In this document: in pieces, positions 1-13,567 of the stretch | How positions within the stretch are numbered: position 1 is the first letter of the stretch | Layout of the letters: every line of letters starts with the position of its first letter | Source of the DNA: Macrostomum lignano | Taxonomy: Eukaryota | NCBI GenBank assembly: GCA_002269645.1 | Contig: NIVC01001460.1 | Span: forward strand, 50,422-100,748 | Length of the DNA: 50,327 nt | Reading direction: 5' to 3' | Translations under genes and position numbers: made by a program | Notes under the pieces: model-generated | The model's database searches: none | The model's input: the letters and a program-made list of their open reading frames with translations, nothing else | What the model was told of the DNA's origin: nothing

Positions 1-3000
1 CAGCATCTCTAACTAGCCCTGTCGCTGTCAATATATAGAATTAAATGGAGAGCTTAGAAATGACACTCAATGGGGCTGATATACACAGGTGCAAAGATGA
101 CGCAGAGCCCGCTACTCTCAGCATCTCTAACTAGCCCTGTCGCTGTCAATATATAGAATTAAATGGAGAGCTTAGAAATGACACTCAATGGGGCTGATAT
201 ACACAGGTGCAAAGATGACGCAGAGCCCGCTACTCTCAGCATCTCTAACTAGCCCTGTCGCTGTCAATATATAGAATTAAATGGAGAGCTTAGAAATGAC
301 ACTCAATGGGGCTGATATACACAGGTGCAAAGATGACGCAGAGCCCGCTACTCTCAGCATCTCTAACTAGCCCTGTCGCTGTCAATATATAGAATTAAAT
401 GGAGAGCTTAGAAATGACACTCAATGGGGCTGATATACACAGGTGCAAAGATGACGCAGAGCCCGCTACTCTCAGCATCTCTAACTAGCCCTGTCGCTGT
501 CAATATATAGAATTAAATGGAGAGCTTAGAAATGACACTCAATGGGGCTGATATACACAGGTGCAAAGATGACGCAGAGCCCGCTACTCTCAGCATCTCT
601 AACTAGCCCTGTCGCTGTCAATATATAGAATTAAATGGAGAGCTTAGAAATGACACTCAATGGGGCTGATATACACAGGTGCAAAGATGACGCAGAGCCC
701 GCTACTCTCAGCATCTCTAACTAGCCCTGTCGCTGTCAATATATAGAATTAAATGGAGAGCTTAGAAATGACACTCAATGGGGCTGATATACACAGGTGC
801 AAAGATGACGCAGAGCCCGCTACTCTCAGCATCTCTAACTAGCCCTGTCGCTGTCAATATATAGAATTAAATGGAGAGCTTAGAAATGACACTCAATGGG
901 GCTGATATACACAGGTGCAAAGATGACGCAGAGCCCGCTACTCTCAGCATCTCTAACTAGCCCTGTCGCTGTCAATATATAGAATTAAATGGAGAGCTTA
1001 GAAATGACACTCAATGGGGCTGATATACACAGGTGCAAAGATGACGCAGAGCCCGCTACTCTCAGCATCTCTAACTAGCCCTGTCGCTGTCAATATATAG
1101 AATTAAATGGAGAGCTTAGAAATGACACTCAATGGGGCTGATATACACAGGTGCAAAGATGACGCAGAGCCCGCTACTCTCAGCATCTCTAACTAGCCCT
1201 GTCGCTGTCAATATATAGAATTAAATGGAGAGCTTAGAAATGACACTCAATGGGGCTGATATACACAGGTGCAAAGATGACGCAGAGCCCGCTACTCTCA
1301 GCATCTCTAACTAGCCCTGTCGCTGTCAATATATAGAATTAAATGGAGAGCTTAGAAATGACACTCAATGGGGCTGATATACACAGGTGCAAAGATGACG
1401 CAGAGCCCGCTACTCTCAGCATCTCTAACTAGCCCTGTCGCTGTCAATATATAGAATTAAATGGAGAGCTTAGAAATGACACTCAATGGGGCTGATATAC
1501 ACAGGTGCAAAGATGACGCAGAGCCCGCTACTCTCAGCATCTCTAACTAGCCCTGTCGCTGTCAATATATAGAATTAAATGGAGAGCTTAGAAATGACAC
1601 TCAATGGGGCTGATATACACAGGTGCAAAGATGACGCAGAGCCCGCTACTCTCAGCATCTCTAACTAGCCCTGTCGCTGTCAATATATAGAATTAAATGG
1701 AGAGCTTAGAAATGACACTCAATGGGGCTGATATACACAGGTGCAAAGATGACGCAGAGCCCGCTACTCTCAGCATCTCTAACTAGCCCTGTCGCTGTCA
1801 ATATATAGAATTAAATGGAGAGCTTAGAAATGACACTCAATGGGGCTGATATACACAGGTGCAAAGATGACGCAGAGCCCGCTACTCTCAGCATCTCTAA
1901 CTAGCCCTGTCGCTGTCAATATATAGAATTAAATGGAGAGCTTAGAAATGACACTCAATGGGGCTGATATACACAGGTGCAAAGATGACGCAGAGCCCGC
2001 TACTCTCAGCATCTCTAACTAGCCCTGTCGCTGTCAATATATAGAATTAAATGGAGAGCTTAGAAATGACACTCAATGGGGCTGATATACACAGGTGCAA
2101 AGATGACGCAGAGCCCGCTACTCTCAGCATCTCTAACTAGCCCTGTCGCTGTCAATATATAGAATTAAATGGAGAGCTTAGAAATGACACTCAATGGGGC
2201 TGATATACACAGGTGCAAAGATGACGCAGAGCCCGCTACTCTCAGCATCTCTAACTAGCCCTGTCGCTGTCAATATATAGAATTAAATGGAGAGCTTAGA
2301 AATGACACTCAATGGGGCTGATATACACAGGTGCAAAGATGACGCAGAGCCCGCTACTCTCAGCATCTCTAACTAGCCCTGTCGCTGTCAATATATAGAA
2401 TTAAATGGAGAGCTTAGAAATGACACTCAATGGGGCTGATATACACAGGTGCAAAGATGACGCAGAGCCCGCTACTCTCAGCATCTCTAACTAGCCCTGT
2501 CGCTGTCAATATATAGAATTAAATGGAGAGCTTAGAAATGACACTCAATGGGGCTGATATACACAGGTGCAAAGATGACGCAGAGCCCGCTACTCTCAGC
2601 ATCTCTAACTAGCCCTGTCGCTGTCAATATATAGAATTAAATGGAGAGCTTAGAAATGACACTCAATGGGGCTGATATACACAGGTGCAAAGATGACGCA
2701 GAGCCCGCTACTCTCAGCATCTCTAACTAGCCCTGTCGCTGTCAATATATAGAATTAAATGGAGAGCTTAGAAATGACACTCAATGGGGCTGATATACAC
2801 AGGTGCAAAGATGACGCAGAGCCCGCTACTCTCAGCATCTCTAACTAGCCCTGTCGCTGTCAATATATAGAATTAAATGGAGAGCTTAGAAATGACACTC
2901 AATGGGGCTGATATACACAGGTGCAAAGATGACGCAGAGCCCGCTACTCTCAGCATCTCTAACTAGCCCTGTCGCTGTCAATATATAGAATTAAATGGAG

Positions 3001-6000
3001 AGCTTAGAAATGACACTCAATGGGGCTGATATACACAGGTGCAAAGATGACGCAGAGCCCGCTACTCTCAGCATCTCTAACTAGCCCTGTCGCTGTCAAT
3101 ATATAGAATTAAATGGAGAGCTTAGAAATGACACTCAATGGGGCTGATATACACAGGTGCAAAGATGACGCAGAGCCCGCTACTCTCAGCATCTCTAACT
3201 AGCCCTGTCGCTGTCAATATATAGAATTAAATGGAGAGCTTAGAAATGACACTCAATGGGGCTGATATACACAGGTGCAAAGATGACGCAGAGCCCGCTA
3301 CTCTCAGCATCTCTAACTAGCCCTGTCGCTGTCAATATATAGAATTAAATGGAGAGCTTAGAAATGACACTCAATGGGGCTGATATACACAGGTGCAAAG
3401 ATGACGCAGAGCCCGCTACTCTCAGCATCTCTAACTAGCCCTGTCGCTGTCAATATATAGAATTAAATGGAGAGCTTAGAAATGACACTCAATGGGGCTG
3501 ATATACACAGGTGCAAAGATGACGCAGAGCCCGCTACTCTCAGCATCTCTAACTAGCCCTGTCGCTGTCAATATATAGAATTAAATGGAGAGCTTAGAAA
3601 TGACACTCAATGGGGCTGATATACACAGGTGCAAAGATGACGCAGAGCCCGCTACTCTCAGCATCTCTAACTAGCCCTGTCGCTGTCAATATATAGAATT
3701 AAATGGAGAGCTTAGAAATGACACTCAATGGGGCTGATATACACAGGTGCAAAGATGACGCAGAGCCCGCTACTCTCAGCATCTCTAACTAGCCCTGTCG
3801 CTGTCAATATATAGAATTAAATGGAGAGCTTAGAAATGACACTCAATGGGGCTGATATACACAGGTGCAAAGATGACGCAGAGCCCGCTACTCTCAGCAT
3901 CTCTAACTAGCCCTGTCGCTGTCAATATATAGAATTAAATGGAGAGCTTAGAAATGACACTCAATGGGGCTGATATACACAGGTGCAAAGATGACGCAGA
4001 GCCCGCTACTCTCAGCATCTCTAACTAGCCCTGTCGCTGTCAATATATAGAATTAAATGGAGAGCTTAGAAATGACACTCAATGGGGCTGATATACACAG
4101 GTGCAAAGATGACGCAGAGCCCGCTACTCTCAGCATCTCTAACTAGCCCTGTCGCTGTCAATATATAGAATTAAATGGAGAGCTTAGAAATGACACTCAA
4201 TGGGGCTGATATACACAGGTGCAAAGATGACGCAGAGCCCGCTACTCTCAGCATCTCTAACTAGCCCTGTCGCTGTCAATATATAGAATTAAATGGAGAG
4301 CTTAGAAATGACACTCAATGGGGCTGATATACACAGGTGCAAAGATGACGCAGAGCCCGCTACTCTCAGCATCTCTAACTAGCCCTGTCGCTGTCAATAT
4401 ATAGAATTAAATGGAGAGCTTAGAAATGACACTCAATGGGGCTGATATACACAGGTGCAAAGATGACGCAGAGCCCGCTACTCTCAGCATCTCTAACTAG
4501 CCCTGTCGCTGTCAATATATAGAATTAAATGGAGAGCTTAGAAATGACACTCAATGGGGCTGATATACACAGGTGCAAAGATGACGCAGAGCCCGCTACT
4601 CTCAGCATCTCTAACTAGCCCTGTCGCTGTCAATATATAGAATTAAATGGAGAGCTTAGAAATGACACTCAATGGGGCTGATATACACAGGTGCAAAGAT
4701 GACGCAGAGCCCGCTACTCTCAGCATCTCTAACTAGCCCTGTCGCTGTCAATATATAGAATTAAATGGAGAGCTTAGAAATGACACTCAATGGGGCTGAT
4801 ATACACAGGTGCAAAGATGACGCAGAGCCCGCTACTCTCAGCATCTCTAACTAGCCCTGTCGCTGTCAATATATAGAATTAAATGGAGAGCTTAGAAATG
4901 ACACTCAATGGGGCTGATATACACAGGTGCAAAGATGACGCAGAGCCCGCTACTCTCAGCATCTCTAACTAGCCCTGTCGCTGTCAATATATAGAATTAA
5001 ATGGAGAGCTTAGAAATGACACTCAATGGGGCTGATATACACAGGTGCAAAGATGACGCAGAGCCCGCTACTCTCAGCATCTCTAACTAGCCCTGTCGCT
5101 GTCAATATATAGAATTAAATGGAGAGCTTAGAAATGACACTCAATGGGGCTGATATACACAGGTGCAAAGATGACGCAGAGCCCGCTACTCTCAGCATCT
5201 CTAACTAGCCCTGTCGCTGTCAATATATAGAATTAAATGGAGAGCTTAGAAATGACACTCAATGGGGCTGATATACACAGGTGCAAAGATGACGCAGAGC
5301 CCGCTACTCTCAGCATCTCTAACTAGCCCTGTCGCTGTCAATATATAGAATTAAATGGAGAGCTTAGAAATGACACTCAATGGGGCTGATATACACAGGT
5401 GCAAAGATGACGCAGAGCCCGCTACTCTCAGCATCTCTAACTAGCCCTGTCGCTGTCAATATATAGAATTAAATGGAGAGCTTAGAAATGACACTCAATG
5501 GGGCTGATATACACAGGTGCAAAGATGACGCAGAGCCCGCTACTCTCAGCATCTCTAACTAGCCCTGTCGCTGTCAATATATAGAATTAAATGGAGAGCT
5601 TAGAAATGACACTCAATGGGGCTGATATACACAGGTGCAAAGATGACGCAGAGCCCGCTACTCTCAGCATCTCTAACTAGCCCTGTCGCTGTCAATATAT
5701 AGAATTAAATGGAGAGCTTAGAAATGACACTCAATGGGGCTGATATACACAGGTGCAAAGATGACGCAGAGCCCGCTACTCTCAGCATCTCTAACTAGCC
5801 CTGTCGCTGTCAATATATAGAATTAAATGGAGAGCTTAGAAATGACACTCAATGGGGCTGATATACACAGGTGCAAAGATGACGCAGAGCCCGCTACTCT
5901 CAGCATCTCTAACTAGCCCTGTCGCTGTCAATATATAGAATTAAATGGAGAGCTTAGAAATGACACTCAATGGGGCTGATATACACAGGTGCAAAGATGA

Positions 6001-9000
6001 CGCAGAGCCCGCTACTCTCAGCATCTCTAACTAGCCCTGTCGCTGTCAATATATAGAATTAAATGGAGAGCTTAGAAATGACACTCAATGGGGCTGATAT
6101 ACACAGGTGCAAAGATGACGCAGAGCCCGCTACTCTCAGCATCTCTAACTAGCCCTGTCGCTGTCAATATATAGAATTAAATGGAGAGCTTAGAAATGAC
6201 ACTCAATGGGGCTGATATACACAGGTGCAAAGATGACGCAGAGCCCGCTACTCTCAGCATCTCTAACTAGCCCTGTCGCTGTCAATATATAGAATTAAAT
6301 GGAGAGCTTAGAAATGACACTCAATGGGGCTGATATACACAGGTGCAAAGATGACGCAGAGCCCGCTACTCTCAGCATCTCTAACTAGCCCTGTCGCTGT
6401 CAATATATAGAATTAAATGGAGAGCTTAGAAATGACACTCAATGGGGCTGATATACACAGGTGCAAAGATGACGCAGAGCCCGCTACTCTCAGCATCTCT
6501 AACTAGCCCTGTCGCTGTCAATATATAGAATTAAATGGAGAGCTTAGAAATGACACTCAATGGGGCTGATATACACAGGTGCAAAGATGACGCAGAGCCC
6601 GCTACTCTCAGCATCTCTAACTAGCCCTGTCGCTGTCAATATATAGAATTAAATGGAGAGCTTAGAAATGACACTCAATGGGGCTGATATACACAGGTGC
6701 AAAGATGACGCAGAGCCCGCTACTCTCAGCATCTCTAACTAGCCCTGTCGCTGTCAATATATAGAATTAAATGGAGAGCTTAGAAATGACACTCAATGGG
6801 GCTGATATACACAGGTGCAAAGATGACGCAGAGCCCGCTACTCTCAGCATCTCTAACTAGCCCTGTCGCTGTCAATATATAGAATTAAATGGAGAGCTTA
6901 GAAATGACACTCAATGGGGCTGATATACACAGGTGCAAAGATGACGCAGAGCCCGCTACTCTCAGCATCTCTAACTAGCCCTGTCGCTGTCAATATATAG
7001 AATTAAATGGAGAGCTTAGAAATGACACTCAATGGGGCTGATATACACAGGTGCAAAGATGACGCAGAGCCCGCTACTCTCAGCATCTCTAACTAGCCCT
7101 GTCGCTGTCAATATATAGAATTAAATGGAGAGCTTAGAAATGACACTCAATGGGGCTGATATACACAGGTGCAAAGATGACGCAGAGCCCGCTACTCTCA
7201 GCATCTCTAACTAGCCCTGTCGCTGTCAATATATAGAATTAAATGGAGAGCTTAGAAATGACACTCAATGGGGCTGATATACACAGGTGCAAAGATGACG
7301 CAGAGCCCGCTACTCTCAGCATCTCTAACTAGCCCTGTCGCTGTCAATATATAGAATTAAATGGAGAGCTTAGAAATGACACTCAATGGGGCTGATATAC
7401 ACAGGTGCAAAGATGACGCAGAGCCCGCTACTCTCAGCATCTCTAACTAGCCCTGTCGCTGTCAATATATAGAATTAAATGGAGAGCTTAGAAATGACAC
7501 TCAATGGGGCTGATATACACAGGTGCAAAGATGACGCAGAGCCCGCTACTCTCAGCATCTCTAACTAGCCCTGTCGCTGTCAATATATAGAATTAAATGG
7601 AGAGCTTAGAAATGACACTCAATGGGGCTGATATACACAGGTGCAAAGATGACGCAGAGCCCGCTACTCTCAGCATCTCTAACTAGCCCTGTCGCTGTCA
7701 ATATATAGAATTAAATGGAGAGCTTAGAAATGACACTCAATGGGGCTGATATACACAGGTGCAAAGATGACGCAGAGCCCGCTACTCTCAGCATCTCTAA
7801 CTAGCCCTGTCGCTGTCAATATATAGAATTAAATGGAGAGCTTAGAAATGACACTCAATGGGGCTGATATACACAGGTGCAAAGATGACGCAGAGCCCGC
7901 TACTCTCAGCATCTCTAACTAGCCCTGTCGCTGTCAATATATAGAATTAAATGGAGAGCTTAGAAATGACACTCAATGGGGCTGATATACACAGGTGCAA
8001 AGATGACGCAGAGCCCGCTACTCTCAGCATCTCTAACTAGCCCTGTCGCTGTCAATATATAGAATTAAATGGAGAGCTTAGAAATGACACTCAATGGGGC
8101 TGATATACACAGGTGCAAAGATGACGCAGAGCCCGCTACTCTCAGCATCTCTAACTAGCCCTGTCGCTGTCAATATATAGAATTAAATGGAGAGCTTAGA
8201 AATGACACTCAATGGGGCTGATATACACAGGTGCAAAGATGACGCAGAGCCCGCTACTCTCAGCATCTCTAACTAGCCCTGTCGCTGTCAATATATAGAA
8301 TTAAATGGAGAGCTTAGAAATGACACTCAATGGGGCTGATATACACAGGTGCAAAGATGACGCAGAGCCCGCTACTCTCAGCATCTCTAACTAGCCCTGT
8401 CGCTGTCAATATATAGAATTAAATGGAGAGCTTAGAAATGACACTCAATGGGGCTGATATACACAGGTGCAAAGATGACGCAGAGCCCGCTACTCTCAGC
8501 ATCTCTAACTAGCCCTGTCGCTGTCAATATATAGAATTAAATGGAGAGCTTAGAAATGACACTCAATGGGGCTGATATACACAGGTGCAAAGATGACGCA
8601 GAGCCCGCTACTCTCAGCATCTCTAACTAGCCCTGTCGCTGTCAATATATAGAATTAAATGGAGAGCTTAGAAATGACACTCAATGGGGCTGATATACAC
8701 AGGTGCAAAGATGACGCAGAGCCCGCTACTCTCAGCATCTCTAACTAGCCCTGTCGCTGTCAATATATAGAATTAAATGGAGAGCTTAGAAATGACACTC
8801 AATGGGGCTGATATACACAGGTGCAAAGATGACGCAGAGCCCGCTACTCTCAGCATCTCTAACTAGCCCTGTCGCTGTCAATATATAGAATTAAATGGAG
8901 AGCTTAGAAATGACACTCAATGGGGCTGATATACACAGGTGCAAAGATGACGCAGAGCCCGCTACTCTCAGCATCTCTAACTAGCCCTGTCGCTGTCAAT

Positions 9001-10715
9001 ATATAGAATTAAATGGAGAGCTTAGAAATGACACTCAATGGGGCTGATATACACAGGTGCAAAGATGACGCAGAGCCCGCTACACTCAGCATCTCTAACT
9101 AGCCCTGTCGCTGTCAATATATAGAATTAAATGGAGAGCTTAGAAATGACACTCAATGGGGCTGATATACACAGGTGCAAAGATGACGCAGAGCCCGCTA
9201 CTCTCAGCATCTCTAACTAGCCCTGTCGCTGTCAATATATAGAATTAAATGGAGAGCTTAGAAATGACACTCAATGGGGCTGATATACACAGGTGCAAAG
9301 ATGACGCAGAGCCCGCTACTCTCAGCATCTCTAACTAGCCCTGTCGCTGTCAATATATAGAATTAAATGGAGAGCTTAGAAATGACACTCAATGGGGCTG
9401 ATATACACAGGTGCAAAGATGACGCAGAGCCCGCTACTCTCAGCATCTCTAACTAGCCCTGTCGCTGTCAATATATAGAATTAAATGGAGAGCTTAGAAA
9501 TGACACTCAATGGGGCTGATATACACAGGTGCAAAGATGACGCAGAGCCCGCTACTCTCAGCATCTCTAACTAGCCCTGTCGCTGTCAATATATAGAATT
9601 AAATGGAGAGCTTAGAAATGACACTCAATGGGGCTGATATACACAGGTGCAAAGATGACGCAGAGCCCGCTACTCTCAGCATCTCTAACTAGCCCTGTCG
9701 CTGTCAATATATAGAATTAAATGGAGAGCTTAGAAATGACACTCAATGGGGCTGATATACACAGGTGCAAAGATGACGCAGAGCCCGCTACTCTCAGCAT
9801 CTCTAACTAGCCCTGTCGCTGTCAATATATAGAATTAAATGGAGAGCTTAGAAATGACACTCAATGGGGCTGATATACACAGGTGCAAAGATGACGCAGA
9901 GCCCGCTACTCTCAGCATCTCTAACTAGCCCTGTCGCTGTCAATATATAGAATTAAATGGAGAGCTTAGAAATGACACTCAATGGGGCTGATATACACAG
10001 GTGCAAAGATGACGCAGAGCCCGCTACTCTCAGCATCTCTAACTAGCCCTGTCGCTGTCAATATATAGAATTAAATGGAGAGCTTAGAAATGACACTCAA
10101 TGGGGCTGATATACACAGGTGCAAAGATGACGCAGAGCCCGCTACACTCAGCATCTCTAACTAGCCCTGTCGCTGTCAATATATAGAATTAAATGGAGAG
10201 CTTAGAAATGACACTCAATGGGGCTGATATACACAGGTGCAAAGATGACGCAGAGCCCGCTACTCTCAGCATCTCTAACTAGCCCTGTCGCTGTCAATAT
10301 ATAGAATTAAATGGAGAGCTTAGAAATGACACTCAATGGGGCTGATATACACAGGTGCAAAGATGACGCAGAGCCCGCTACTCTCAGCATCTCTAACTAG
10401 CCCTGTCGCTGTCAATATATAGAATTAAATGGAGAGCTTAGAAATGACACTCAATGGGGCTGATATACACAGGTGCAAAGATGACGCAGAGCCCGCTACA
10501 CTCAGCATCTCTAACTAGCCCTGTCGCTGTCAATATATAGAATTAAATGGAGAGCTTAGAAATGACACTCAATGGGGCTGATATACACAGGTGCAAAGAT
10601 GACGCAGAGCCCGCTACTCTCAGCATCTCTAACTAGCCCTGTCGCTGTCAATATATAGAATTAAATGGAGAGCTTAGAAATGACACTCAATGGGGCTGAT
10701 ATACGCAGGTGCAAA
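1..10715. repeat. 118-bp tandem satellite array (90 full units plus a partial one; runs off the left edge)
   Basis: Unit CAGCATCTCTAACTAGCCC...GAGCCCGCTACTCT recurs at 1, 119, 3541 (30x118+1), 7081 and 10621. It ends at GCAAA 10715 before AT-rich unique sequence. Confidence 0.99.
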
Positions 10716-11408
10716 TATTGTTATTTACATAGTTATTTGAATAACTATAACTTCAAATAGTTTTTCGAAGGATTGTAGTTTTGTCTCTTGAAGTCTAATA
10801 TGTGTCTTTGTTTTTCTCCTTAAAGTAGTGTATCTGATTTTAGCTTTATTTTTGTTGGGATAGGGAAAATCTTGTGTTGTTTTATTGGTTTAAGTTTCGT
10901 CATTTTTTATATGGGGTATATTTAGAATATATCCTATTTTGAAACGGTAATTTTTTGCGCGTCATTTTTAGTTACTTAGAGGATATATTCGATTGTGTCA
11001 TTTCTACATTCTGCGTCATCCAAACGCCCCCACCTCCAGCATGCCCCACGCCACCTCCAGCCTGCCCCACCCCTCCTCCGGCCTGCTCCACTCTACATCC
11101 AGGTCTCTGAATCTAAAGTATCAAATCCTCATCGCTGAATCAACTCTTTTCCCACCTGCCAACCATACACAGACACTCTGCATGGGACACTGTATGGGCA
11201 GTCATGGAAATTGTACAATTTTTCAGTAACAAAGCATGCACACATTTGCTCTAAACTAAACTAAAAGAACAATTAAAGGATCAACTGCCTGCAAAATGAT
11301 CAGCAAAATCAATTCATGCACTGTTCGGGAGGGCTGCCCTGTGCTACAAAAATCAGTCAAATAACCCGTCTAGACCTGCAAGTTTTTCACCTATAACTCA
11401 CATTTCAG

Positions 11409-11752
11409 ATGCAGTCCCAGCGACTCAGAGCTGAGCCATCAGCTGCACTCAGCACTGGAGCAGTCAGGCTTCACCGAATCCCGAGCCGCATTGCAGAGCG
11501 CGGCTGCCGATGTCCTGCAGCAGATTCTGAGAAGTCGACTGGATGATAATCCATTTTTTGTGGTCGGCAGCTACTCAGAAGGCTGGGGCAACAACCTGAC
11601 GACACTGGACGGCAGAACTGACGCCAATTCCGACATTGATGTGATGCATTTGATTTCTGGCCGAGAATACCACCAGAAAAGTCTGTGCGAGTGCGATGGA
11701 GCTTCGGAGCAGCACGAGCTGGTGAACGGGCACATTCAGTGCTCAGGATTCG
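11409..11752 (+). CDS. cGAS/Mab-21-like nucleotidyltransferase (cGLR-type), internal exon with NTase motif
   Basis: Acceptor CACATTTCAG|A at 11408 and donor G|GTGAGT at 11753. Encodes ...FFVVGSYSEGW...NSDIDVM..., the hG[S]-x(n)-DxD pol-beta NTase signature. An in-frame stop at 11371 and no in-frame ATG imply an upstream exon that I could not resolve. Confidence 0.85.
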
Positions 11753-12122
11753 GTGAGTTCTCTCTTGGGGAGTGAGATTGTCTGGTAGTTTTGTTATGAC
11801 TGTTAGAGATTGCTAAGAAAACTTGGCAAGATTGTTGGTTTTAAATTTTTGTAGGATTGGTAAAAGTGGAGCAATGCTATGGAGGACTCAGTGAAAAACT
11901 GTTCATTTTAGCAGCTTTTTGCATTTTTAGGTAAGAAGACTCGAATTTAGGGAACTTATAGGTAGCCTGTGACCTCTCCGTAGTGAGTTTAGGGTGGGTG
12001 CAAATATCGTGTCATTTGGTTGGGCGGTTTCTAAAGCTGCATATTTCCCGAACAGTCCAAGGCATCACCGCACAGACTCAAAGCTGTATATTCCCCAATC
12101 GGGAACCGAATCGTTTTTACAG

Positions 12123-13567
12123 CCTCCAACCCTGCTCATGCGACACCCGGATGCCCGCTGAGGCCAGCGCTGGACAATGTCGACGCATGCCGTCTCTGCC
12201 GCTACCCGCCCATCACGCCGCTGCTGCCAAACCGCGTCTCCAACATCCCCCATCCGGTGTTGGAGGCTCTCCAGAAGGTTCTCACCTCCGCCTCATCGCC
12301 CTGTCACGTGGTGCACGCAGCCTCTCCTGACCGAGGAGGCGAAGAGCTCCGCGTGAGCACCAGCTTCCTGGAGAACCGGATGCTGCGAAGTCTCACTACC
12401 CTGCAAGGCCAACTGTTCGTCACACTCAAATACCTGGTCAAGAAGGTCATCTGTCACAAGAATGGCTTGAATTCCTACCACGTGAAGACCATCGCCTTCC
12501 GAATGGTGGCTGAGACGCCGGTCGAGCAGTGGAAGAAGGAGAACCTCGTGAGTCTCACGAGACAGTCGCTGCAGATGCTGCTCGACTGTGTGGAGAAGAG
12601 CCGAGAGCAGGACAGACAAACACCTGACACACCTGACCGATCTCGGGGTCGCATCATGAACCATTTCTTTCTCAGCGATGCGGCCATCTACCTCAAGGGT
12701 GCGGACAAGGAGAGAGCGGACCAGCATTTGGACGGCATCATGAGCACACTGAGAACAGGAATCGATCGGCTGCCCCAACTGCTGCAGCAGTTCATCGGCA
12801 GTCTCAGACCTGTGAGCGACTCAGGCACATTCTACTTCCACCCGTTCCAAATCCTGCCGGATCTGAGGCCGATGTCCCTCACGAAGTCCAGTGCTCTCGA
12901 GTACTATCAGATCTACGACGTGGTGAGAGAGTGTCTGGTGCGTCTCTCGCGCAGTGACTGCAGCCAGCGATCTCAGGAGTCGCTCACAGAGCTGATTGCC
13001 AGACTGCCAGACTGCACCCTCTCAGCACGGGAGGCTCTCAGAGCGCTGGCTTGCCTGAAGTTCGGCTACCGAGAAACTGCAGAGAGAGTCGTGAGCTCGT
13101 GCTTAGGTCACTCGGTGAGCAGAGGCATCGCTTGGTCTCGTGAGAAGTCGGCGACTGAAGCGACTGTGGAGTTCGTGATGCGGCATCTGAGCAGCCGCGA
13201 CTCGGCGTGGAAGTTTTGCTTTGAGTTCGACCAGCGACCGAAACTCGAGTTCTTGACAGGAGCTCTGAGGGAGTGCTTTCCCCTCCGGTTGTCGAGCAGA
13301 GCTGACCATTTCTACATGAACTTTGATGCTCTGCTGTGGGCTCTGCGGCTCGAGCTGCGGACTGATCGAGAAGCGTGCGCTCAGGACTGGATCCGGGATG
13401 TGGCTGAGAGAGAGGACTCGGATGAGCAGGAGGTGCTGGTTGCCGCTTTGAATTCTTCAAATCTGGAGCAGATTCTGGAAATAGTAAAGAAGCTGAAGAT
13501 GATGAGGGCAGATCTTCTCAGTTGGCTGAAGGCGAGACTTCTGGAAAAATGGAGCGATCGAACTTAG
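12123..13567 (+). CDS. cGAS/Mab-21-like nucleotidyltransferase, terminal exon
   Basis: Acceptor TTTTTACAG|CC at 12122 is phase-compatible (G|CC=Ala) with the previous exon. Encodes DNVDAC (candidate third acidic residue), ELRVSTSFLE (cf. WRxSFSxxE), LKYLVK and SYHVKT (cf. Mab-21/cGAS SYHxKT), then a long helical C-terminal extension to TAG at 13565-13567. Confidence 0.85.

Noticed and set aside
1-10715. 118-bp unit as 5S rRNA, spliced-leader RNA, snoRNA or CRISPR array
   Set aside because: The length resembles 5S, but there are no 5S A/C boxes, Sm site or C/D boxes, and no unique spacers between units.
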